Sequence record: SRR22947727_2571
Strand: one strand, 5' to 3'
DNA length: 43,323 bases
In this document: positions 29,287 to 38,807 of the stretch, piece after piece
How positions within the stretch are numbered: the stretch's first letter is position 1
Layout of the letters: each line of letters begins with the position of its first letter
Translations under genes and position numbers: made by a program
The notes under the pieces: generated by a model
The model's database searches: none
What the model saw: only the letters and a program-made list of their open reading frames with translations
What the model was told of the DNA's origin: nothing

Positions 29287-30615
29287 CTATTTTGACTTTA
29301 AACCGACCGAGTTTTCAGAGATTACTTGGTATTCGTATTTCTTTCCTGCTTCGGCAGTTTGATCAGTGAATTGCATCTGAACCAAAGGCTGCACCGGTGT
29401 GTCGCTGTATTGCAGCCCTTGAAAAATTGGACGACCAAACTTATTCGTATCTTTTTCGGGAACCGCTCCGATTTTTTTGCCGTCGCGTTTGATGATGAAA
29501 CGGGCGATTCCACTTTCTAAATCCGCGTCGGCGGTCCACGTGATTTGATTTCCATCAGCCTTTACTGAAGTCGGGGCTGGTGGAGGAGTTGTATCAGGAA
29601 TTTCCGTATCGGTAACGTAATGCGCCCAAGCCTTCGCGATGGCTTCATTCGGGAGCCAGCTGGCCTGTGATTTATCGCCTGAAAACTCCTTTTCAGGTGT
29701 GGCTTCTTTGCCAAGAAAAGGAGCCAACCACGCATTTTTCGTCGGCATTGGTTTCAACGCGCCACCGGCTCTCTCCGGCAACCGCGTGGTCAAACAAGCA
29801 TCCAGCCACAGTGTTGCGAGATAGCGTTGGTTGCCACATTCGTGAGCGGTTAGTGGATCAATTGAAACACCAACGAGGGCATTTTTAGCCCGGAGCGTCG
29901 TGAGAAATGTTTCGTTGGCAGGCCACACTCCGGAAAAACGGCCATCTTTTACGGTCACGCCTTCTTTTGTTCCGGGATTGCACATCATCGGCACTTTCAA
30001 GACGGCATCAGAAATGACATACGGTTTGATTGCGGTGCGGTCGGGGTTTTCTTTAAAAAGCGGAACGCCCGAGCGAAGCCATGCCGCTGCAACCTTTTCC
30101 GGATGAAGCAACACCATTCCTCCAGCCCAATGTCCGCCGCCGCTGTGTCCCCACAACGCCCATGGGATTTTTGCTAACTCAGGGTGACCGGATTGTTTCC
30201 CGAGATCGATGAGGGATTTTTGAAACGCTTTACCCGAACCGTTTCGAGGGTCGCACCACAGTTGGCAATCGGCTGCTTGTGGTTGTTCGTAAGATGGAGC
30301 CATCAGTGCGCAGTCGTGTTTCTTTGCTAGAGCCTGCCAGTGCAAATCCCATGCGCCCGTTAGTCCTGATTTACACGAGCCTTCCCCGCAGCCGTGTTGA
30401 TGGACAATCAGGCCACGGAGAGTTTTGACGCCCTCCGGAATCCAAACCGTGTATTTCACGGGAAAAGTCAGCTCGCCGGGTGTGTTCGAGGCTTCATAGC
30501 GAACACGATAGTGGGGCGGCTCCGCTTCGGGGAAAACATCGTAAGGAGCATTTGGTTGCTGAGCAACGAGCGGCAAAGAGGCGGCAATGCTGAGAGTGAT
30601 AATTAAAAATCGCAT
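29287..30615 (-). CDS. Secreted alpha/beta-hydrolase-fold protein with C-terminal FN3-like domain
   Basis: Signal peptide from ATG 30615, HQHGCG, WGHSGGG nucleophile elbow, DTTPPPAP linker, ITW..YEYQV. Confidence 0.75.
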   Translation of the reverse strand: MRFLIITLSIAASLPLVAQQPNAPYDVFPEAEPPHYRVRYEASNTPGELTFPVKYTVWIPEGVKTLRGLIVHQHGCGEGSCKSGLTGAWDLHWQALAKKHDCALMAPSYEQPQAADCQLWCDPRNGSGKAFQKSLIDLGKQSGHPELAKIPWALWGHSGGGHWAGGMVLLHPEKVAAAWLRSGVPLFKENPDRTAIKPYVISDAVLKVPMMCNPGTKEGVTVKDGRFSGVWPANETFLTTLRAKNALVGVSIDPLTAHECGNQRYLATLWLDACLTTRLPERAGGALKPMPTKNAWLAPFLGKEATPEKEFSGDKSQASWLPNEAIAKAWAHYVTDTEIPDTTPPPAPTSVKADGNQITWTADADLESGIARFIIKRDGKKIGAVPEKDTNKFGRPIFQGLQYSDTPVQPLVQMQFTDQTAEAGKKYEYQVISENSVGLKSK

Positions 30616-30653
30616 AAGGTTGGTCGAGATTAAGAGTGGATAGAAAATGCTTT

Positions 30654-30705
30654 TTTTCGAACCGATAGGGTACGTTCGGTGAATCAACAGGGTTGGTTCG
30701 TGAAA
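30654..30705. repeat. Dispersed double-box repeat, locus 4
   Basis: TTTTC-GAACCGATAGGGTACGTTC-GGT-GAATCAACAGGGTTGGTTC-GTGAAA. Confidence 0.85.
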
Positions 30706-30707
30706 GA

Positions 30708-31379
30708 TTATTTTTTGGCTTCGACAACTTCTCCGCGCAACTCGACATCATCCCAAAGGCCGAGATCATCGAAGGTTCCGAGGCCAACACTGCCCCATTG
30801 GAAGTTCTTGTCGTGAGCGACGTGAGTGGGTGTTTTCATGTCGTCGAAATAGATTTCGATCAGGCCTTCCTTCATCTTTCGGACGACTTTCACGTTGTGC
30901 CATTTTCCGTCGACCCATGGGGTGCCGTCGCTGGCTTTTTCTGAAATCTTGATTCGGGGAGCATCGTTTACGATGAAGATCTGATTGGCGTGATCGTCTT
31001 TTTTCTCACCCAGATGTTGATAGTAAAAATGAGAAGCGTCTTGATGCCCGAAAAACAAACACATGTCGCGATGGCCTCGAGAAGTCTGTTTCGTCATGAC
31101 GCGAGCAGTCAGCACAAAATCGCCAACCACGATGTCTTTGAGCAACGCGATGTTTTTCGGACTGCGATGCGGCGGGTTGTATTTGGTTTTTCCGGAGTTT
31201 TCGAGAACAGAATTGCCGTCGTCGAGTTTGGTGATTTTCCAGCCTTCGGGATTTACAATTTCAAAGTTCTCGATTGATTTCGCGTCAGAAAAATCGGATT
31301 TGAAAAGAACGGGAAGCTCTTGGGCATTCAGGCTGACGAGGCTTGAGGCAACATAAAGTAGCACGAGGACTTTTTTCAT
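30708..31379 (-). CDS. Secreted beta-sandwich (DUF1080/LamG-like) hypothetical protein
   Basis: Signal peptide from ATG 31379; [25 protein letters not shown]. Confidence 0.7.
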   Translation of the reverse strand: MKKVLVLLYVASSLVSLNAQELPVLFKSDFSDAKSIENFEIVNPEGWKITKLDDGNSVLENSGKTKYNPPHRSPKNIALLKDIVVGDFVLTARVMTKQTSRGHRDMCLFFGHQDASHFYYQHLGEKKDDHANQIFIVNDAPRIKISEKASDGTPWVDGKWHNVKVVRKMKEGLIEIYFDDMKTPTHVAHDKNFQWGSVGLGTFDDLGLWDDVELRGEVVEAKK

Positions 31380-31515
31380 AAGAATGACGAAGGCTATGTC
31401 GGGGGATTCAAAAGGACAAGTCACGCAAAAGAATCGTGGATGAACTAGACCTTGCCCCATTTTTGAAAACCTCTACAATTTAGCAAAGGAACAACGCAGC
31501 ATTTTATTTTCAGGC

Positions 31516-32140
31516 ATGGCCCACGCGAAAGGACATAAAGTTGATGTTTTTATTAGCTACGCTCGGAAGGACAACGAACCGATCGGAGCTTCCGCTGGTT
31601 GGGCCGAGATGTTTCACAATTCTCTGGAAACGTGGTTGATCAAGCGTCGTGGGTTGGATGATCTTACGATCTGGCGCGATACGGAGGATCTCCAGGGCAA
31701 TACCGATTATGAAATCGCAATCTGAAACGGGCTGGAAGACAGCGCTTTGTTTTTTGCGCTGCATTCGCGGAACTACGTGAAATCGTATTGCTGCCAGAAG
31801 GAGCTGAAGTGGTTTCACGAGGCAAATGGCGATCGACCAGGTGGATTGCGAATCGGGGACAAGCACCGGATTTTTAATATTCTCCTGAACAATATTCATT
31901 TTGATGACTGGGCGCCAATGCTGGAGGGCTCGTCTGGCTTTCCGATGCACAGTGCCAAAGGGGCTGAAATGGGGGATTTTACGTTTGCGGAAGAGCCACT
32001 CTACATGCGGCAGCTTCAGCAAATTGTGGATGCGGTGTAGGAAACGCTTGAGATGTTCAATTCGTTTGAGGGCGGAAGTGACCAGGGCGTTGCAAAGTCG
32101 AAGCCTGCGGAGCGCCTCGTCGTTTCTGAACGTCCGCAGG
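31516..32140 (+). pseudogene. TIR-domain protein pseudogene
   Basis: DVFISYARKD, IWRD, SRNYVKSYCCQKEL in one frame interrupted by TGA 31723-31725 and TAG 32038-32040; 3' end approximate. Confidence 0.8.
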
Positions 32141-32141
32141 A

Positions 32142-32298
32142 AGCGCCGATTCCGATGAAAGCGAAAAGCCCGCAGTATCCCGCCGTAATCGCCCAGCCGG
32201 ATCGTCCGACCGGAAGCAGCATTCGCATACCCGACATCGTCGCCGATCGGTTTGGATTGCTGTGCAGGAAGAGGTGGAGGGCCAAGGGATTCGCTCAT
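32142..32298 (-). pseudogene. 5' remnant of a DUF4190-like membrane protein gene, frameshifted and truncated
   Basis: MSESLGPPPLPAQQSKPIGDDVG, one extra base at 32229-32232, then MRMLLPVGRSGWAITAGYCGLFAFIGIGA; family assignment from recall. Confidence 0.6.
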
Positions 32299-32310
32299 GA
32301 AAAGATGGAA

Positions 32311-33819
32311 TCAGTAACTCTTGGCAAACACAACCCTTCCTTCGGCTGGATTCCCTGTGAGAATGCAAGTGCCTGCGTCGCCGCGAAGTTTTGGATCATT
32401 CGGAATACAGCGAACGGTCACTTTCAGGTCTTTACCGAGCTTGTCTTCGTCTTCAGCAGATCCAGCCCAATGAACCAGCGCAAAACCGCTTTGTTCCTGA
32501 GCGAAGAATTTCTGGAAGGCATCCATCGAATCGATCTCGACGGTGTTTTCCTGACGAAATTTCAAAGCGCGAGACAGCAGCGCATCTTGAATCGATTGGA
32601 GCGTTTCCGAAATTCCGGCGACGACATCTGCGTTTGGCAAAAAATCTTTGTCCTTCGGTCCGCGATCACGACGCGTCACCGCAACGGTTCCTTTCTCCAA
32701 ATCACGTGGCCCGATTTCGATTCGAACCGGCACCCCTTTTTTAATCCATTCCCAGGATTTAACACCGCCACCGAGATCGCGCTTGTCGACTTCGACGGAA
32801 ATGTTTTCGCCGTGAAATTGCTGCGCCTTTAATTCGGCAGCGAGTTTGTCGCATGCTTCGAAAACGGGAGCTTCGTGCTCAGGCTTCGGTGCGACCGGAA
32901 TAATCATCACTTGCGTTGGAGCCACTCGCGGCGGCATGATAACACCGTCGTCATCGCCGTGAGCCATGATCAATGTTCCGATGAGACGCGTGCTCACGCC
33001 CCAACTCGTGGTCCACGCGAGCTCGCGAGTTCCTTCTTTGCTTTCGAATTCAATGCCGGCGGCTTTCGAAAAATTCTGTCCGAGAAAGTGCGATGTTCCT
33101 GCCTGAATCGCCTTCTTGTCCTGAACCATCGCTTCGACCGTGTAGGTATTCAGCGCGCCGGGGAAGCGCTCAGCTTCAGATTTTTCACCGGGAATCGATG
33201 GAATCGCCAGATAATCACGGAGGAATTTTGCATACACACCGTGCATCAATTTCGTTTCCGCGACCGCTTCTTCCTTCGTGGCGTGAGCGGTGTGGCCTTC
33301 CTGCCAGAGGAATTCTGCCGTGCGCAAAAACATCCGGGGACGCATTTCCCATCGCATCACGTTGGCCCACTGATTGATCAGCAATGGCAGATCACGGTGG
33401 CTCTGAACCCAACGCGCAAACGCAGCTCCAATAATGGTTTCCGAAGTTGGGCGAATCACATATGGCTCGGTCAATTTGCCGGACGGAACCATTTTTCCAT
33501 CTTTCAATTCCAAACGGTGATGGGTGACCACGGCGCATTCGGTGGCAAATCCCTCAACGTGAGACGCTTCTTTTTCCAAATAGCTGACCGGAATCAAAAG
33601 CGGAAAATAGGCATTTTTGTGGCCCGTTTCTTTAAACATCGCATCGAGATGTTTCTGAATGTTTTCCCAGAGACCATAGCCCCAAGGCTTGATGACCATG
33701 CAACCGCGCACATCTTCGGCATTTTCAGCCATGTCCGACGCGCGGATGACTTGCTGATACCATTCGGGGAAATTTTCAGCCCGCGCGGGGCTAACTGCGT
33801 TTTTTGGAGGTTTCGCCAT
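32311..33819 (-). CDS. proS: Proline--tRNA ligase (archaeal/eukaryote type)
   Basis: HVEGFA, IRPTSETI, QWANVMRWE, FLRTAEFLWQEGHT, QAGTSHFLGQNF, C-terminal FAKSY. Confidence 0.97.
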   Translation of the reverse strand: MAKPPKNAVSPARAENFPEWYQQVIRASDMAENAEDVRGCMVIKPWGYGLWENIQKHLDAMFKETGHKNAYFPLLIPVSYLEKEASHVEGFATECAVVTHHRLELKDGKMVPSGKLTEPYVIRPTSETIIGAAFARWVQSHRDLPLLINQWANVMRWEMRPRMFLRTAEFLWQEGHTAHATKEEAVAETKLMHGVYAKFLRDYLAIPSIPGEKSEAERFPGALNTYTVEAMVQDKKAIQAGTSHFLGQNFSKAAGIEFESKEGTRELAWTTSWGVSTRLIGTLIMAHGDDDGVIMPPRVAPTQVMIIPVAPKPEHEAPVFEACDKLAAELKAQQFHGENISVEVDKRDLGGGVKSWEWIKKGVPVRIEIGPRDLEKGTVAVTRRDRGPKDKDFLPNADVVAGISETLQSIQDALLSRALKFRQENTVEIDSMDAFQKFFAQEQSGFALVHWAGSAEDEDKLGKDLKVTVRCIPNDPKLRGDAGTCILTGNPAEGRVVFAKSY

Positions 33820-33834
33820 GAATTAAAAATTGAG

Positions 33835-33938
33835 TCCACGAATCAACCCTGTTTGATCGATGAATCAACCCCGTACCTTCGAAATGGCTTTTCGAAGTGA
33901 TAGGGTCTGTTCGATGAACATACCCTGTATGTTCGCAA
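33835..33938. repeat. Dispersed double-box repeat, locus 5 (two units joined by TGGC)
   Basis: Units 33835-33884 and 33889-33938 with the same TTCGAAATGGCTTTTCGAA junction as locus 3. Confidence 0.8.
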
Positions 33939-34007
33939 CAAGAGCATCTTGCGGTGAACGTTCCGTTCATCATCAGACTGCTGGGCAAGCCAGCTATCAC
34001 CCCTGTT

Positions 34008-36092
34008 TTACTTCGCCACGATTTGCACGGCATCGAGAATCACGTGGGCGTTGGCTCCTTCGTTTGAAATGGTCACGGTGAGCGTTTCGCCGGCTTTGGC
34101 ATCGACTTCGCCAATTTTGGAAAACAGCCCTTCAATTTCGGGTTTCGTGCGCTGATTTACTTTTACCTGAATTGCATTGTCACCGTGAGAAATCGTGACG
34201 GGCACATTGGTCGCGCGGTTTCCACTGGCTGAGTAAGACATCCGAATTTCGTATTTTCCGGCTTTTTCAATCGTAGCGGAGTAGGTCGCTGACTTTTTGC
34301 CCTGACCAACCCCGCCATCGTGAAGATATCCGTCTCCGACGAATGTGCTGGACGAGGTGCTTTGGGTCCATGAACCGGTCAATTTGGCGTTGGTGTTGTC
34401 GATGATAATTCCGTCCAATCCAACCGTGGTGATTATAATCTTAGGCACCGCATCTTCGGGAAGGTCCACGACCTGGCCTTCGGCCAAAAGCTGCGCTTTC
34501 AGTTTTGCGTAATCGACGTCCTGAACGGCGATGTTTTCATTGATCGCGATGGAAGCGGCTGTCGCAGCGGAATGGCCGAGGGCCATGAATACGGGCTCCA
34601 TTCGGATCGAACCAAATGCGATGTGCGTGCTGCTGAGGCAAACTGGCACGAATAGATTCTTGGCGTTGTTTTTACGTGGAATGATCGAGCGGTAGCTGAT
34701 CGCGTAGGGACCGCCGGGAGAAACCTGGACGTCGCCTTCGTTTTGCACGGTGCCCTCGGCGGTGACGTAGCGCTGGCAGTTGTGGGAATCCATATTGTAG
34801 CTGCCGAGGCCAACGGAGTCATCGCAGATTTTTACGCGGCGACAGTCTTCTTCTGTGGCGACGTAGCCGCTGATCATGCGGCGGGCTTCACGAATATAAA
34901 GCTGGGTCGGCCAGCCTCCGTTTTCGATGAATTCGTCTTTCGGCAGGCCCCATTGCGCCATTTCTTTGCGAATGGATTCGGGGACGCGTGGATGATTTTG
35001 CAACGACCACATGAGCCCTTTTTGATAAATCTCATGCTCGTGAATGATGGTTTCACGTTCAGCGTAGCTCCCGTCAGGGTAATCGAAATTCATGCCGATG
35101 TTGTCGGTCGAAAATGCGCCGTTGTTGTTGGTATCGGTTTTGCCGTTTGGCATCGCTGCGGGGTGAAGCGGAAGTCGCAGATCACCAGCTTCATAATTGC
35201 GGAAGAGCAATTCATACATGGTTTCGTCGTAACCGTTGGGTTTCGGAAAAGGAACCCGATTTTTTGGATCACGGCTCATGCACATGCGAAAGCAATACGC
35301 CTGGACCCGAGTGTCTCCGGCACCATTTTTACCGAGCGGTTCGGACTGAATCCCGTGAACCAGCCCGCTCTTTGGATCACCTGAAATTTTGTAGGGATCC
35401 ACTTTTTCGGTGAAGCGGTGGTTGTGGGTGTTTTTCAGGTGAATACCGTTGATCGTCTCTTTGTAGGTGGCGTTTGCCTCGCGACCAACGTGATAGGGGA
35501 CGCCTGCGGTTGCCATGAGATCACCTTCGTACGTGGCATCGATGAAAATTTTTCCACGAAAGCGCTCGCCCGATTCCATCCGGATTTCTGTGATGCGACC
35601 GTTCTCTTTCGTAACGCCGCGTTCGCGATCCAATCGTTGTTGCATCACAATTTCGATGTCTTCACTGCATTCCGCGATCATTTCGCGATAGACTTGCAGG
35701 GCGACTTTAGGTTCGAAAACCCAGAGTGAATCTGATTTTGGATTGAATCGGGGAAATTCTGCCTGGGTTCCAAATTTCCACGCTTTTGGATCGGAGTAGT
35801 AACTGTGAATGCGCTGATAAAATTCTCGACTGATCCCGCCGATGGCACTTTTGCGCCCGCTGTCGGTCATGCCAAGACCGCCCGTGGTGAGACCTCCGAA
35901 ATGCGCGGAGGGTTCGATAATGATTGAGGTTTTATCGAGTCGCGAGAGTTGAACCGCTGCGGCGATCCCGGCGCTGGTTCCGCCGTATATGATGACCTCG
36001 GCTTCGTGAATGTGAGAATCTGCCGCTGCTGGATGACTGGAGAAAAACGACGCAAAACACGTGACTGTGAAAAGAAAATTTCGGCAACGCAT
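34008..36092 (-). CDS. Secreted FAD-dependent oxidoreductase with C-terminal carbohydrate-binding-like (xanthan lyase C-terminal-like) domain
   Basis: YGGTSAGIAAA, GGLTTGGLG, FIDATYEGDL, LYIREARRM, SIRMEP; C-terminal IIDN..GSW..GYLHD. Confidence 0.88.
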   Translation of the reverse strand: MRCRNFLFTVTCFASFFSSHPAAADSHIHEAEVIIYGGTSAGIAAAVQLSRLDKTSIIIEPSAHFGGLTTGGLGMTDSGRKSAIGGISREFYQRIHSYYSDPKAWKFGTQAEFPRFNPKSDSLWVFEPKVALQVYREMIAECSEDIEIVMQQRLDRERGVTKENGRITEIRMESGERFRGKIFIDATYEGDLMATAGVPYHVGREANATYKETINGIHLKNTHNHRFTEKVDPYKISGDPKSGLVHGIQSEPLGKNGAGDTRVQAYCFRMCMSRDPKNRVPFPKPNGYDETMYELLFRNYEAGDLRLPLHPAAMPNGKTDTNNNGAFSTDNIGMNFDYPDGSYAERETIIHEHEIYQKGLMWSLQNHPRVPESIRKEMAQWGLPKDEFIENGGWPTQLYIREARRMISGYVATEEDCRRVKICDDSVGLGSYNMDSHNCQRYVTAEGTVQNEGDVQVSPGGPYAISYRSIIPRKNNAKNLFVPVCLSSTHIAFGSIRMEPVFMALGHSAATAASIAINENIAVQDVDYAKLKAQLLAEGQVVDLPEDAVPKIIITTVGLDGIIIDNTNAKLTGSWTQSTSSSTFVGDGYLHDGGVGQGKKSATYSATIEKAGKYEIRMSYSASGNRATNVPVTISHGDNAIQVKVNQRTKPEIEGLFSKIGEVDAKAGETLTVTISNEGANAHVILDAVQIVAK

Positions 36093-36191
36093 TCCTGAGT
36101 TTTCGGCGTCCTGCGGGATTCGTCAATCTCGCAAGCACGTGTGATTGACAAATTGGATGCTACAAAACAGACTGATTTGAAATTCAAAACC

Positions 36192-37190
36192 ATGGACACA
36201 CGCATTATTCTCACCAGTTTTCTTTCCCTTTTTACTGCACTCACTCTCATTTCCTGCGGAGGAGGAGATGCGCTTCAAACAGATGGCAAGACTTCTGATG
36301 ATCCTCCGCCGGAAAAGAATGGGGTCATTGGAGCAACGTGCATGACGTTGAACAATCCGTTTTTCAAAACGATCGACGAAGCGATGAAGGCCGAAGCGGC
36401 CAAGCACGGTTACGACGTCATTTATTTGAGTGGCGATGAAGACGTGACGAAGCAGCTCAACCAGGTTCAGGATTTCATTTCAAAGGGCGTCGATGCAATC
36501 GCGATCAACCCCTGCGAGTCGAAGGCGATTGGTTCGGCGATTAAAGAAGCGAACAAGGCGGGGATTCCGGTATTCACTTTTGACGTGAAATGTCAGGATC
36601 CCGATGCAGAAGTCGTTTCGCACATCGGGACCAACAATTTTCAGGGAGGCGAACTCGCCGGACAAGCCATGATCGAAGCGCTGGGAGAGTCCGGTGGCGA
36701 AATCATGGTATTAGACTTCCGCTCAGTTGAGAGCTGCCTTGAGCGAGTTAAGGGCTTTAAAGAGGTCATTGGCCGATTCAATGCAAGTCGTCCTGAAGGA
36801 AAAATCAAAATCGTTGCTGAGCTTCCCGGAAATGGAAATCGTGAAAAGGGTTTCGATACGACCGAAACCGCGTTGCAGGCCCACCCAGATATCGTGGGTA
36901 TTTTTGCGATCAATGATCCGTCAGCTCTCGGTGCGGTTTCCGCTTTGGAAAAGGCCGGTAAACAAGATCAGATTACCATCGTTGGATTTGATGGTGAGCT
37001 GGAAGGAAAGAAAGCGATCCGCGACGGCAAGATTTATGCGGACCCAATTCAATTCCCGAAACAAATTGGGATTCAGACGGTCCAGTCGATCGTCAGCCAC
37101 TTGGCCGGTGAGGTCGTTCCAGCTGATCAGCCGATCGAATCAAAACTGTATCGGAAAGCTGACGCGGAGAGTGATCCGGAATTGAACTGA
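36192..37190 (+). CDS. RbsB-like sugar ABC substrate-binding lipoprotein
   Basis: Lipobox LISC, TLNNPFF, AGIPVFTFD, IFAIND, VGFDG, QFP. Confidence 0.92.
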   Translation: MDTRIILTSFLSLFTALTLISCGGGDALQTDGKTSDDPPPEKNGVIGATCMTLNNPFFKTIDEAMKAEAAKHGYDVIYLSGDEDVTKQLNQVQDFISKGVDAIAINPCESKAIGSAIKEANKAGIPVFTFDVKCQDPDAEVVSHIGTNNFQGGELAGQAMIEALGESGGEIMVLDFRSVESCLERVKGFKEVIGRFNASRPEGKIKIVAELPGNGNREKGFDTTETALQAHPDIVGIFAINDPSALGAVSALEKAGKQDQITIVGFDGELEGKKAIRDGKIYADPIQFPKQIGIQTVQSIVSHLAGEVVPADQPIESKLYRKADAESDPELN

Positions 37191-37214
37191 TTCGTAGCTC
37201 AGAATTCAGGGCGC

Positions 37215-37249
37215 AAAAAACGCGGCAGAATTTCTTCCGCCGCGTTTTT
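37215..37249. terminator. Bidirectional intrinsic terminator between convergent genes
   Basis: AAAAAA-CGCGGC-12nt-GCCGCG-TTTTT. Confidence 0.75.
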
Positions 37250-37274
37250 AGGTAATAGTTTCTGTTGAGTGGTT

Positions 37275-37550
37275 TTACAGAGAACCCTTGAGAGCTGAAG
37301 ATGGCTTAAAGCCGACGGTCTTGGACGCTTTGATTTTGATAGCTTCACCAGTCTTCGGGTTACGACCCATACGGGCGGAACGCTTGCGGACTTCGAAGGT
37401 ACCAAAACCGATCAGCTGAACGGACTTGTCTTTCTTAACTCCCTTGGCAATTGATTCGAGAACGGATTTTACAGCGTCTTCAGCTGCTTTTTTCGTTGTC
37501 TCTTTACCGAGGGCTTTCTGGACTGCTTGGATTAATTCTCCCTTATTCAT
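37275..37550 (-). CDS. hup: DNA-binding protein HU
   Basis: MNKGELI, VQLIGFGTF, GRNPKTGE, FKPS. Confidence 0.96.
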   Translation of the reverse strand: MNKGELIQAVQKALGKETTKKAAEDAVKSVLESIAKGVKKDKSVQLIGFGTFEVRKRSARMGRNPKTGEAIKIKASKTVGFKPSSALKGSL

Positions 37551-37690
37551 CGTAGTTTTATTAGTTGGATTAGGTGGGATAGTCCAGCGCTTTCCCTTGA
37601 AAACACGGGGTTTTCAGCGTTTTTATGCTTTTTTACGGCATTTTTCGCTGATTTCAGTGGTTTCGAGGTCATTGTAAGCCACAAAGTGTC

Positions 37691-38239
37691 ATGGCCCTTG
37701 AACTTCCCATTTGTAAGCATTTAACATACCCTAAGCAGATTGACAAGAGCGTTTTTATTGCTCCAGGCGCGGTTGTCGTTGGAGATGTGACTCTTGAAGA
37801 GAATGTTAGTGTCTGGTATCAAGCAGTTCTTCGCGGCGATATTCAGTCCATCAAGGTTGGCCCGGGAAGTAATATTCAGGATGGAGCAGTCATCCATCTC
37901 GCGAGTGATCTAGGAACAACGGTAGGAAGTTTTGTGACATGCGGGCACCGGGCGATGCTTCACGCATGTTCGATCGATGACGAAGTGCTTGTCGGGATGG
38001 GGGCAATCGTCATGGACGATGCTGAAGTCGGGGCGCGCTCAATTATTGGAGCGGGATCACTTATAACGCGAGGTCAGAAAATCCCACCGGGATCACTGGT
38101 GATGGGATCTCCTGCAAAAGTCGTTCGCAGTCTCGATTTAAAAGAGCAGCAATTGAATCGAGCAATGGCGGAGAAATACATTCACGTGGCCAAAGAGCAT
38201 CGGGCCTTTTTAGCGGCTAACGGAAATTCCGGTGCTTAA
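37691..38239 (+). CDS. Gamma-class carbonic anhydrase family (hexapeptide repeat) protein
   Basis: VLRGD, SNIQDGAVIH, GHRAMLH (three metal His), GSPAKVVR. Confidence 0.92.
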   Translation: MALELPICKHLTYPKQIDKSVFIAPGAVVVGDVTLEENVSVWYQAVLRGDIQSIKVGPGSNIQDGAVIHLASDLGTTVGSFVTCGHRAMLHACSIDDEVLVGMGAIVMDDAEVGARSIIGAGSLITRGQKIPPGSLVMGSPAKVVRSLDLKEQQLNRAMAEKYIHVAKEHRAFLAANGNSGA

Positions 38240-38294
38240 AAATTTGCGTCCCACTTCGTCTGATACGAGAGTCAGTTTTCTATTCTCATTTCTC

Positions 38295-38789
38295 ATGTCG
38301 CAAAAATCCGTTGTCGAAATCGAAGTTCGCGCCGTTCTGCCAACCAGTGCGGGGTCTGCGGTTTTTTTGGGCAATGACGAAAAGGTTTTCGTGATCTACG
38401 TCGATCAGTTTGTCGGCAGCGCGATCACGATGTTCATTCATGGTACGCCTAAGCCGCGTCCACAAACGCACGATTTATTCGCCGACGTGCTGACGTCACT
38501 CGGAGCGCACGTAGACCGGGTCGTGATCAACGATTTTAACGAAGGTGTTTATTTTGCCCGGATGATCATCGTTGCCGAGAACGAGCTCGAAGATCGGAAG
38601 ATTGTCGAAATTGATGGCCGTCCAAGTGATACGATTGCTTTAGCCGTGCAGCAGGAAGCGCCGATTTATATTTCCCAGCACGTCTGGGATGAAGTCGAAG
38701 ACATGTCCGTCGTCCTCCAAAAAATGGAGGAGAAAGGGCTCGACCCGGGATTGGGTGACGAAGACGGCCCCGATTTTCCGGATTTGTAA
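38295..38789 (+). CDS. Bifunctional nuclease family (DUF151) protein
   Basis: RPQTHDL, VYFAR, IDGRPSDTIALA; start ATG 38295. Confidence 0.9.
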   Translation: MSQKSVVEIEVRAVLPTSAGSAVFLGNDEKVFVIYVDQFVGSAITMFIHGTPKPRPQTHDLFADVLTSLGAHVDRVVINDFNEGVYFARMIIVAENELEDRKIVEIDGRPSDTIALAVQQEAPIYISQHVWDEVEDMSVVLQKMEEKGLDPGLGDEDGPDFPDL

Positions 38790-38807
38790 CGTTGGCAGGT
38801 TCACGAA

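Noticed and set aside
31723-31725. Selenocysteine or recoded TGA in the TIR gene
   Set aside because: Not a Cys-type catalytic position, a TAG also interrupts the frame, and TGA ends many intact genes in this window
32053-32832. 259-aa plus-strand ORF as a real gene
   Set aside because: Only the first ~30 codons plausibly belong to the TIR remnant; the rest is antisense to the membrane-gene remnant and proS
32311-33819. Archaeal/eukaryote-type ProRS as recent horizontal transfer
   Set aside because: This type is common in several bacterial phyla and nothing in the context looks foreign
33908-33920. TGTTC-GAT-GAACA as a LexA box
   Set aside because: The Verrucomicrobia LexA motif as I recall it has a 4-bp spacer; this has 3, is part of a larger repeat, and the neighbours are not SOS genes
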